Below, one piece after another: positions 54,429-64,000 of a DNA stretch of 64,000 nucleotides (position 1 is the stretch's first letter; each line of letters begins with the position of its first letter). The notes below the pieces were generated by a model, which saw only the letters and a list, made by a program, of their open reading frames with translations, did no database searches and was not told the DNA's origin. The position numbers and the translations under genes are program-made. Source of the stretch: an uncultured Hormoscilla sp. (lineage in GTDB: Bacteria > Cyanobacteriota > Cyanobacteriia > Cyanobacteriales > Desertifilaceae); assembly GCA_963921275.4 (NCBI GenBank), contig OZ001293.3, positions 5,440,001-5,504,000 of the forward strand. The letters are read 5' to 3'.

Positions 54429-55141
54429 ATGTCAACTAGTAAGCGGTGTCTGGAGCGTACCGAGTCCTTCAGGACAAGAGTACGCGGAAGACGCCGAGGT
54501 CACGCTGTTTCGCCCAGTCGGGCAAAAGGAAATGGATTTGATTCGGGAAAGTAATTATCGTAACTTTCCACCTCGATGTCTCCTGGGTGCCGTGCCGGAG
54601 GCGAGAGCACCGCAGGAGATATCGAAGTCTCCCGTTTCAGCCAATTTTTTACCCAGTAATTCAGGAATAATATGCAGTGCAGATAAGCTGTCGTGCATTT
54701 AAATTGCATAGGCAGATATTCTGAAAGCATTGCCCTCAATGGGTTTCTCCATTTTGAATTTTTAATTTTGAATTGCTTAGCGCGAGACTGGAATAGAAAA
54801 GATCCAGCTTCTGGATACGCTGGTTATGTCACCAATATTCGCATCGATGCCGAATATATCCAGAAATACCAGATCCAAACAGTAGGGAGTTCAAAGCATC
54901 AAGAATATTGGATTCCGGCAGCAGAGTTAGGAGAGTTTAACGAGGGTGCATCTCACTTTTGCGATATGGCAACAATTCTCGCTGCGCTCTGGCTAATTGA
55001 GAATTATTCGATTTCACCCGCAAGGGTCAGTTAAATTCATCGAAGTCTATTTGCAAATATGAGATGCACCCATTTAACGAAAATATTGTCGGTGCAATAG
55101 AAATAATTGCAGAATTTAAGTGCGAGCCGAGTTCAGAGTAA
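54429..55141 (+). pseudogene. Small conserved protein (often labelled ADP-ribosylation/crystallin J1) broken by four repeat insertions
   Basis: Reconstructed TLFRPVGQKE...FPPRLP.QPIFYPV...ARDWN...GYVT...HQEYWIPA. Confidence 0.7.
54944..55071. mobile_element. MITE sharing ends with the ISKra4-like element
   Basis: GGGTGCATCTCA...TGAGATGCACCC; flanked by (G/A)TTTAACGA duplication. Confidence 0.85.
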
Positions 55142-55154
55142 AGCGGAGGAGAAA

Positions 55155-56126
55155 ATGGGTACGATCTGGGAACTGGATTTTCATTCCCGTCCAATCTTAG
55201 ACGATAACAATAAAAAAATCTGGGAAGTTCTGCTGTGCGAGAGTCCTTTGGATATCCAGCAGGAATCACAGTTTCGGTACTCTCAGTATTGTTCTAGTAA
55301 AGAGGTGAATTCAGTGAAGCTGCGCCAAGCCCTGGAAGAGGCGATCGCCCAAGCAGGAAAAGCCCCCAGCCAAATTCGCTTTTTTCGGCGTCAGATGAAA
55401 AATATGATAACGAAAGCCTGTCAGGAATTAGATATTCAGGCGGTGCCGTCGCGGCGGACGATAGCCCTCAACCAGTTGCTGGAAGAACGAAGCCAGGAAG
55501 TGTATCCCCAGGAGACTGGATACGACCCCCAGGCTGTACCATCAGCATCCGTGCGCTATCAACCCCAAACGCCTCAACGGCTACCAGACGCCCTGATGCC
55601 CAAGCAATGGGCCTTTGTCAGCTTAACAGCGGGGGATCTTCAGGAAATGTCGGAGTGGGAGATTTCCTTTGGCGAAGCCTTCCCGATCCCCCAGAAGGTG
55701 ACACCAGAAACTCCTATCCCGGGAGTGATTTTATTCTCGCCTCGGGCCCTGCCGATGGCGGGTTGGATGTCAGGTATAGAACTGGCGTTTTTGAAGTTTA
55801 TCCCCTTCGATGCACTCGGGGCGCGCTACTCGCACTACCCCTTGATGCCTGAGGGGTTTTTGCGTCTGCGCAGCAGCTGCGCAGCTGCTAGCATCCCGAA
55901 GGCATCGAAGCGCATCGAGTCTCCAGCAAAATTAATCTTGGAAACGGGGGCTAGTGAAAGCTGGATTTTAGCGAACCTGAAGACTAAGCAACTCATCACA
56001 GAAGCAGCAGGATTTGAATCAGCAAAACAGGAAGCGCAGCAAATCCATTTTTTAGCTGTCCAGTCGGATCCGCAGTCCCAATCCTTTGCCGGATTTTGGC
56101 TGTTACAAGAACTGCATCTAGCATAA
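55155..56126 (+). CDS. Tab2/Atab2 family RNA-binding protein with an in-frame repeat insertion
   Basis: IWELDFHSRP, IRFFRRQM, HFLAVQSDP..FAGFWLL. Confidence 0.88.
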   Translation: MGTIWELDFHSRPILDDNNKKIWEVLLCESPLDIQQESQFRYSQYCSSKEVNSVKLRQALEEAIAQAGKAPSQIRFFRRQMKNMITKACQELDIQAVPSRRTIALNQLLEERSQEVYPQETGYDPQAVPSASVRYQPQTPQRLPDALMPKQWAFVSLTAGDLQEMSEWEISFGEAFPIPQKVTPETPIPGVILFSPRALPMAGWMSGIELAFLKFIPFDALGARYSHYPLMPEGFLRLRSSCAAASIPKASKRIESPAKLILETGASESWILANLKTKQLITEAAGFESAKQEAQQIHFLAVQSDPQSQSFAGFWLLQELHLA

Positions 56127-56226
56127 ACAAAATCCGGTACCCGTAATGAAAAAATAAATAAATGTAGGTTGGGTTTCCGCACGAAACTCAACATGACCAA
56201 CAAGAAGCTGAGGAGGAAAGCAGCGA

Positions 56227-57555
56227 GTGACAGATACTGAGGACCGAGAAGGAGAAAGCTTGGCCGAGCAACTGTTAGATATAGCAGGTAAAAATGGCGC
56301 AGAAGCAGCAGAAGTATTTCAAGAGCGATCGCGCTCTTTATCGGCGGCATTCGAGGCGAACAGACTCAAGGAACTGACGAACAGCGAATCAGCAGGTACG
56401 GCCCTCAGATTGTGGGTGGACGAGCGTCCGGGTTTGGCAGTAGCCTACGGTCCAGTGGACCCAAAAGCGCTGGTAGAACGGGCGATCGCTATATCCCATC
56501 TCAACCAGACTCAAACAATAGAATTAGCAGAGAAGGGAGGGAAAAATATAGAGCAAAATATGGGAAAATCTGTGGCAGCAGAGCAGCTGGTAGCCTGGGG
56601 TAAAGAGGCGATCGCCCGGGTCATAGAGGCCTATCCAGAAGTCATCTGCAATAGCGAATGGGATTGTGAAATTGAAACCACTAGCATCATTAACTCCAAG
56701 GGACTGAACCGTAGCTATACAGACAGCACCCTCAGCTGCTATTTAGAAGCAGAATGGGTGCGAGGGGACGATTTCTTGGGCGTGAGTGAAGGTCAAACTC
56801 AGCGGACCCGCCTCGATCCCAACCTAGTAGCAAATGCATTATTACAGCGATTAGACTGGGGCAAATCAAAGGTGCCACCCTCCACAACAGGTCGCCTACC
56901 AATCTTGTTTACTGCCAAAGCAGCAGACCTATTCTGGGAAATTATTAGCAGCGCCCTCAACGGTAAACAGGTAGTAGAGAAAGCATCCCCCTGGAGTGAC
57001 TTCTTAGGAGAAAAGGTAATCTCCACCCACCTCACCCTTTTCCAGCAACCAGAAGCTGGTCCTTACAGTTGTCCCTTTGACGACGAAGGCACGAGCACTA
57101 AACCCTTAGTATTCATCCAAAATGGCATCTTAGAAAACTTCTACGCCGACAGGACCATAGGCTTATTGCTAGGTCAAGGTAAAGGAACGACAGGAAATGG
57201 GTTTCGCCCCGGTTTAGGGAGTTATCCCACACCGGGTATGTTTAACTTACTAATTCAACCCGGAACTGGTCAACTGCCCGACTTAATTGCTCAGCTAGAG
57301 GATGGACTGGTAGTAGATCAAATCCTTGGCGATGCGGCGGGAATTTCTGGGGAATTTTCCATCAACGTTGACCTAGGATATCTTGTCCGTGATGGTCAAA
57401 TAGTCGGTCGAATTAAAGATACGATGGTTGCCGGTAATGTCTATCAGGCCCTGAAACAGTTAGTGGCATTGGGAGGCGACGCAGACTGGAAAGGTTCTTG
57501 CTATACCCCATCGTTGATTGTTGATGGTCTTTCCGTTACCGGAAAAACGGATTAA
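56227..57555 (+). CDS. TldD/PmbA family protein
   Basis: PFDDEG, TTGNG, SGEFS, GRIKDTMVAGN. Confidence 0.88.
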   Translation: MTDTEDREGESLAEQLLDIAGKNGAEAAEVFQERSRSLSAAFEANRLKELTNSESAGTALRLWVDERPGLAVAYGPVDPKALVERAIAISHLNQTQTIELAEKGGKNIEQNMGKSVAAEQLVAWGKEAIARVIEAYPEVICNSEWDCEIETTSIINSKGLNRSYTDSTLSCYLEAEWVRGDDFLGVSEGQTQRTRLDPNLVANALLQRLDWGKSKVPPSTTGRLPILFTAKAADLFWEIISSALNGKQVVEKASPWSDFLGEKVISTHLTLFQQPEAGPYSCPFDDEGTSTKPLVFIQNGILENFYADRTIGLLLGQGKGTTGNGFRPGLGSYPTPGMFNLLIQPGTGQLPDLIAQLEDGLVVDQILGDAAGISGEFSINVDLGYLVRDGQIVGRIKDTMVAGNVYQALKQLVALGGDADWKGSCYTPSLIVDGLSVTGKTD

Positions 57556-57696
57556 GTATGAAATCTCAAAGAGAAAATCGCACTGTACTCTTCAGAACAT
57601 CTTCGGTAAATTTCCCATAATCTGAATTCAGAATGATTCTTTATGGGGAATACGCTCTGATATCATACTTTAGTTGCCTATTGTGCAATCGATGTT

Positions 57697-58630
57697 ATGT
57701 TTAGCCTGAGCCGCTTTCTATCGCCCAAACGCCGCCTCGAAAAGGCAAGTACCTCCCGTGCTGGCACGAACGTAGAAGCTTGCATCATTGGTTTGGTATC
57801 GGGATGCAGCGCAGTTTTACTTCATATTGGCATCGGGCTATTAGGACCAGTCCGCATACAGGTATCTAACTACCTGCCAGTTTGGTTCGTTTTACCAGTT
57901 ATCGGCATCAGTTTTGGCTTCATTGCTGGCTGGTTGATAGAGCAATTTGCACCGGAAACTCGGGGTAGCGGCGTTGCCCAAGTTAAGTCAGCCCTGACTG
58001 GTGGCTCCATCGTGCTGAACTGGCGCGTGGCCCTAGTCAAATTCTCGAGTACCCTGCGATCTGGTCCTAGTCAAATGGGCCAACTGTGTCCCCCGGGAGC
58101 GCTACTCGCACTACCCGGGGGACACAGCCTCCCAGGCCAGAGGCGGGGCTAGCGAGCAGAATAAATCGCTCAATCTGCCCAATCCCTTGTCGAAAAATCC
58201 CGCTCCCAATTATTGTCCCGTCCCCCTCTTTAAACGCTGGCTATTGCCGATGGCGGGTGGTCCCCATAGCGCTGCGGCGGTGCGACTCCTCCCCGCCCTT
58301 GTCAAAGGACAGTTTTCTCCAGAAATCCGCTTGTGCCAGGTTTTTGACCCAGAACTGGACAAGATCGATCGCCACGTGATCGATCGGGCGAGCAAGTTTC
58401 TCAAACCGAAACTGAAGAGTGGTTTTGTCGCTGCCACAGTCCTGCGATCGCCTTCTGTTCCCGAAGCCATAATTGACCAAGCGTCTAATGATAACACCGA
58501 TGTGGTAATGATGGGAGCTAGCCGCGAGGGTTTGCTACAGCAGGCCATTAAGGGCAATATCCCAGAGGCGATCGCCTCTGGCTGTAATTGTACTGTGATT
58601 CTGGTCCGCAGCAGCAATCCTAATAGTTGA
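57697..58630 (+). pseudogene. ClC chloride channel-USP protein with a large internal deletion
   Basis: N-terminal EACIIGL...GSGVAQVK...RVALVK joined via a hairpin to a C-terminal USP domain (GASREGLL...GNIPEAI). Confidence 0.7.
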
Positions 58631-59068
58631 TAAATTATTCACCGTCGCTCTCAACTATTGTGAGAGGGTTTCCAGTTCTTCAAAATGGTATATGGCAATC
58701 AAGGGGCGATCGCCGCATGGTTTCGCATTTAATATCGTCCATTTTTCTTCTGGAGTGGTCACAATACCTCAAGGGATAGCGATCGCATCTGTCGCGCGAT
58801 CTATTTCCACCGACTCCCAAACCCCAACCGTCGGGCCCAACCTACGGGAGTATTCGGTTGTGAAATTTAGAATTGCCAGACCCCACCCCGACAAAGAGTT
58901 AAAATTCTTGGGAACAAATACATCCGCACCTTTCCAAACAGGCGATCGCCGAAAGGTTATAATAGAAACCCGGTTTCTTACCGCCAACCGGCGATCGCCC
59001 TCTTTACCAACTGGTGCAAGACCGCAAATTCCGTGCTAAGATGGTATCGTTGAATTGAGGGAAAAAAT

Positions 59069-59935
59069 ATGGTAGGTTCCACGGTTGATGTTAAGATTTC
59101 TCAAAAGACCCTGAGCTTTGCCGAATACCTAGAGTATTCCGGAAAACCGGGTGTGATGTACGAAATCTATCGCGGTCAATTGATCTAAATGCCAACACCA
59201 ACAGGTTTACACAACCTAATAAGTAAATTTTTAACCGTCGAGTTTCTGCGCTACTTTATATCAGAAAACTTGAACTTGGTAGCGATAGACTTGACGGGAG
59301 TCAGAACGGAAGAAAATACATCGAGGATACCAGATGTAGTCGTTTGTAATCAAAGTTTTTGAAAAAATGTTTGCGATCGCAAAGGCGCAGCAGTGCTGGA
59401 CTTTGAGGAAAAACCACTCTTAGTAGTAGAAGTGACAAGTCAAAATTGGCGCGATGACTACGGAACTAAACGTCCTGAATACGATCGCCTGGATATTCCG
59501 GAGTATTGGATCGTAAACCCAGAGCGGGAGCGAGTGCGGTTGTGTAGTAAAATTGCCGGAGGATCGAGTTACGCAGAGCGAGATTTTTTGCCGGGAGATG
59601 ACGTCAATAGCGCGCAATTTCCGGGATTAATATTACCGGTAGCTCGAATACTAGATCCGCCGGATGTAGACTATTTGGTCCGAGAGGAACTCAGACTGCG
59701 ACAAGAACTAGAAGAACTCGAACAGCAAATAAATGCAGAACGTCAACGTGCTGAGGCAGAACGTCAACGTGCTGATACAGAACGTCAACGTGCTGAGGCC
59801 GCAGATCGCACGTCTGAGGCCGCAGATCGCACGTCTGAGGCCGCAGATCGCACGTCAGAGGCCGCAGATCGCACGTCAGAACAATTAGCGCAATACTTAC
59901 AGGCTCTGGGAATAGATCCCGATACCATTAACTGA
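59069..59935 (+). pseudogene. Uma2 family endonuclease with in-frame stops and a 21-bp repeat tail
   Basis: RIPDVVV, LVVEVTS, IPEYWIVNP; stops near 59186 and 59360. Confidence 0.8.
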
Positions 59936-60299
59936 TATCTCGCGATCGCACCCCCGATCGCCAGGGGCGGTCAGCGGTGAAGCGAACTTCTCACACTTGC
60001 GCGATCAACTATTGCGATTGTCGCAATAGTTTTATTGGCCCAGTCGCCATGGCTTCGGAGCGAGGGACTGTGGCGATCGCCGTTGGAGAGTTCTCCCGCT
60101 GTCGTGCATTAAATTGCACGAGCTGATCCGCTGCGATCGGTGTTCATGGGGGACTTTTCCAATGCCAGCAATTTAGCATAGAGAGAATGCCAGAATTACT
60201 TACAGTTCACATCAACCGCCACAGATAAGGTTACAACCCATAGCACCAGACCACGGAAAAACCAGTAGTCAAGGTCGCGGTGTCTGGCACGGCGACCTC

Positions 60300-60551
60300 C
60301 TAGTCAATGAAATAGCCCCTCAACAGCGGCTCCAACTTTTTCCGCGCCTGGGAGACGCGCTTGCAAACACAGTCGTAGGACATCCCTTGCCGTTCGACTA
60401 TTTCTGTATGGGTAAGCTCCTCATAAAAATGCACCCATAAAGTTTCCCGCATCCGTTCCGGTAAGGAGGCGATCGCCCGTCGAATTACCACCGACTTCTC
60501 CTCGCTCTCCAGAACCATCTCCGGCGACTCCACCGCTGACGCCACGCCCAT
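60300..60551 (-). pseudogene. Sigma-70 region 4 fragment
   Basis: AIASLPERMRETL..HFYEELTHTEI...CKRVSQARKKL. Confidence 0.6.
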
Positions 60552-60589
60552 ATCCCCCGTATCGCCAACCCACTCTATATCTCAACACC

Positions 60590-60965
60590 GACAGCATCGG
60601 CCCGAAGGCACGTTGCAATGTTATTATCAACATCGGCGTCATCACGATATTGGAATATTGGCAGGCAGGATATTACGGCTCATGTGAATTTTACGGCTAT
60701 AGACAAAATGGGAGATTGGTGGGGTTTGATGTTTGTAGATTTTACCCAGCAGGGATTGTTTTTGATGGCGTTGGGTTTGGGGGATAGGTTAAATGAGTTA
60801 TCGAGCGATCGCCTTTTATCAATTACCGATGTTTTGCGACGGCGCTCGGCGTTACATTCCCTGATAGACCCGATGGGATTGGGTGGTTTTGGAGTGTTGG
60901 TGCAAAGCAAGGGTTTGACTGAAGAAGAGGAAGGGATAAAGTTAACAGGTTTGAGGATACCGTAG
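60590..60965 (+). pseudogene. 3' fragment of a MidA/NDUFAF7-like SAM-dependent methyltransferase
   Basis: GTLQCYY, GRQDITAHVNFT, LIDPMGLGGFGVL. Confidence 0.7.
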
Positions 60966-61269
60966 AGAGAATCGACTTATGCCAGAGGTTTACTATACCT
61001 TCTGCACTAATGCCCGTAACTGTCATTGCGAGACGGCGACATAGATCGTCAACCTCAAAGCGCAAAAGCGTCAAACCACGAGCGTTAACGCGCTTATATT
61101 AAGTGGCAATGAATAACCATAATAAATTTCAATATGTCATTGCGAGGGGGGGTGGCAAAGAGATAGGTTATTGGGTTTAGCAATTAAGCCCCCCCGAAGC
61201 AACCTCGATTTGACTCGATCATGGTTGAGAGATTGCTTTGGCTGGTTTAACTTTTTGCTGATAAAGTTT

Positions 61270-61452
61270 AATGAAGCGATCGCTATAGTCAAGCTTTTGA
61301 TAACTCAACGTTTTGGAGAGGTTTCTGAAGGGATTAGTAGTCAGATAGAAGGTTTGCCTTTGGCAGATGTGGAGGGTTTGGTGAAGGCGTTTTTAAGTTT
61401 TAATAGTTTGGAAGATTTGGAAAGTTGGTTGCAGGAACGTTTGAGGTCTTAA
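61270..61452 (+). pseudogene. DUF4351-like C-terminal fragment
   Basis: LITQRFGEV...IEGLPL..VE.L..A.LSF.SLEDL..WL. Confidence 0.6.
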
Positions 61453-61646
61453 TTGAATGAGGCAATCGCGTAGCGTGCCGGAGGCGCATCCCTTTATCGG
61501 ACGGGTCGGGCGGGGGTTCGATTTTTGACGAGCAAAAGAAACAATGAGGGTGCGTCCACAAAGCGGACGCACCCTACCATTCTCCCAAACAGTATTGACT
61601 CAGATTCAGCCTCCCGGTTTTCCGGGATTTTCCTGTCACCGGGCAG

Positions 61647-61740
61647 GTGAGGTTGAAGCGGCCAGTTACCCGACCGCCTCCTCTCAGCCCCCTGCGTGCG
61701 GAATTACCCCACAAGGTTCCCCGGTGTCGCTCGCTTCACA
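61647..61740 (-). mobile_element. Isolated degenerate D5-D6 of another group II intron class
   Basis: Minus strand GAACCTTGTGGGGTAATTCCGCACGCAGGGGGC then GAGGCGGTCGGGTAACTGGCCGCTTCAACCTCAC. Confidence 0.6.
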
Positions 61741-61777
61741 CTCTGCCTGAACAGGAATCAAGGTTTGACTTTCTGGT

Positions 61778-63592
61778 TTACTCCTTTACCACACGCATTG
61801 AATGTGGGTGGGAGAAGTCTAAGTACTCACCATTTTGCGCTTTCACATGTTTTAGATCTTCGTTAGGGACGGTGCCTGTAAAGGTAGCAAGACGGTTGTA
61901 GGATAAATTATCGTAATCAGACAGCATGACCCCCGTACCTTCAGATGCTTGCACATAGATTTGTTTATCGTAGATAAACCCTGGAAGTGAGTATGCTGAA
62001 CGCTTACCTACCGGAAGACAGTACTGGTTTTTCACGTCTAAGAGAACAATACAGCCTAGTGGCTCGCTTGATTCAACTACTCGCATCGAATGCGGATGAG
62101 AGAAATCCAGAACCTCACCATTTTGCGCTTTCACCTCTTTTAGCTCATCGTTAGAGACGTAGCCTGTAAAGGTGGCAAGACGGTTGTAAGACAAATTGTC
62201 ATAATCAGACAGCATGACCCCCACACCTTGAGGAGCGTTCACATAGACGGGTTTATTGTAAATAAACTCTGGAAGTGAGTATCCTGAACGTTTACCTACC
62301 GGAAGACAGTACTCATCTTGCGTGTCTAAGCTAACAATACAGCCTAGTGGCTCGCTTGATTCAACTACTCGCATCGAATGCGGATGGGAGAAATCCAGAA
62401 CCTCACCATTTTGCGCTTTCACTTCTTTTAGCTCATCGTTAGAGACGTAGCCTGTAAAGGTGGCAAGACGGTTGTAAGACAAATTGTCATAATCAGACAG
62501 CATGACCCCCACACCTTGAGGAGCGTTCACATAGACGGGTTTATCGTAAATAAACTCTGGAAGTGAGTATGGTGAACGTTCGCCTACCGGAAGACAATAC
62601 TCTTGTTTTGTCTCGACATTCACTATACAACCTTGCGCTTCTTCCACCGCGTGGGCAGGAGTCATAAAGAACAGGTGCGACTCGTTCTAGCCTAATGTAG
62701 TAAATACAGAACGCTAGCCTAGGAAACTAGGAACTCTGGTGATCATGGGGGTTAAATTCCCCTCCTCCAGGTACAGGAGTGACCGCGTGAGGTGCTGCGG
62801 AGCCACATCGCCGTGGTGCTAAGCGAGGACTTAAATGTAGGATAGCTGGCAGCCTCAGCCAGCAACGCCGCGCTTGTTAGAGGCTCATGGTGAGAACAAG
62901 CGAATCTCTGTAAGTATCGTCATCTGAGACCAGCTCTAAGGCTGATTACGCTGGCCCAAAATGGAAAAGTAGTTCGCGTGTCAATGTTTTGTTTTCATTG
63001 ACAATGTGCCCTCAACAACTACCGGTATATAGTCGAGACCTAAAAGCCTCGTGAAATGATACCAGGGAACGAAGTAACCCCATGTGTGCTGTCCATATGG
63101 ACCAGTCAGATGTAAAGCGTAAGCCACGTGTGGGAAAGATGGCCCAAGAAGCAAATGCCTGGGCGGTGTCTTCCGCATGCTCTTGTCCTGAAGGACAAGA
63201 GCATGCGGAAGACGCCGGGTAATGCCTAGGATAAGCAGACATGGGTCGGTGATAGTAGGAAGTCTTAGGTAAAAGTAGCTCTAAACGTCATCAGCCCATC
63301 ATGTAAATGATGAGGAATGAATTACTGGTAAAACGGACATGATAATGGTGATACTAAAGGTTATCCGGCAGCGCCACTCACCAACCAGGAAAGGAGCCAA
63401 ATCGCATAGGACAAGGAACAACGAGAGTAATCCCTAGTAATTCTGCCAATGATAAGGACCTACTACCCAGTAGCCGTGTGCGGTGAAAGTCGCATGCACG
63501 GTTCCGAAAGGGAGGGTTGGAAAGTGATTTCCAGCTCGACCCCTAATAGTTGTAGCAATTACTGACAAACAGAAAAGCAAAATGCGCTTCAT
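61778..63592 (-). pseudogene. Secreted protein of three StcE C-terminal (X409-like) modules; signal peptide split by an antisense intron (exons 63592-63548 and 62674-61778)
   Basis: Three ~95-aa repeats GCIV...YCLPVG.RS.YSLP...LSDYDNLSYNR...NG..LDFS.P.SMRVV; joined N-terminus MKRILLFCLSVIATTLFFMTPAHA; GAGG RBS. Confidence 0.8.
62675..63547 (+). mobile_element. ORF-less group II intron family B (873 nt)
   Basis: GTGCGACTCG start, colinear with family A, D5 TAGCCGTGTGCGGTGAAAGTCGCATGCACGGTTC, end CCCCTAAT; EBS1 TTGTTT pairs with exon GAACAG. Confidence 0.9.
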
Positions 63593-64000
63593 AATCTTTC
63601 CTCAAAAGTGAATTGGATGAATTTGAGTTAGAGAGCCTAACGCCCAGAGATTAGCGGTGAGGCTGAGTCTAACGATGGAGTTGAGCCGCGACGAAGCAAG
63701 CTTCGAGGGCTAACTTAACCTCAGTTCGACGGAAGCTAAAACCCAGATTATTCTGTAACAAAACAGAAAATTTGGTTTTTATCAAACTGACTTGGCAATT
63801 AAGACGATTTCTAAACATCATTTCTGACAAACTCAAAACAAACTCAAATCATCTAAATCACCAACATTCAAATTGGCCACGGCATCACCAACACCAATAG
63901 TCTCAAATGCCTAATCAAGGAGGCAAAAAACCGACCGATCGCCCATCCTCATGACATAGGCCGGGCGATAGATATGCCCTGGCAAAGGCGCGAGGACTCG

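Noticed and set aside
61778..62665. Near-identical internal repeats as a DGR template/variable pair
   Set aside because: All are in-frame domains of one ORF, and the visible differences are not confined to adenines

Overview
A 64 kb cyanobacterial chromosome segment: HIP1 GCGATCGC is abundant, and ycf29, Tab2, plmA and rps1b homologues are present. Intact housekeeping genes (rnb, rpsR, rpmG, moeA, murA, class I lysS, minCDE, pabB, phoH-khpA-rpsP-ffh, pmbA-like) sit among many pseudogenes, decayed IS elements, MITEs and REP-like palindromes, which suggests a genome under erosion. Group II introns dominate. There are five near-identical copies of an ~871-nt ORF-less intron, three of them in a perfect head-to-tail array at 7656-10268. 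There is also a second ORF-less relative, one intact and one crippled RT/maturase-encoding intron, and two 3' fragments. The ORF-less family ends in a non-canonical ...CCCCATCC, shown by comparison with empty target sites in this window. Its EBS1 (AGACUC) pairs with all three flanking 5' exons, and two of its three sites are dispersed repeats. Other notable items are a secreted protein of three StcE C-terminal (X409-like) modules split by an antisense intron, a decayed DarT-macrodomain fusion, a PIN toxin gene carrying a sense-strand intron, and palindromic repeats read in frame inside protein genes. Protein family names come from recognising motifs by eye; no database searches were run.
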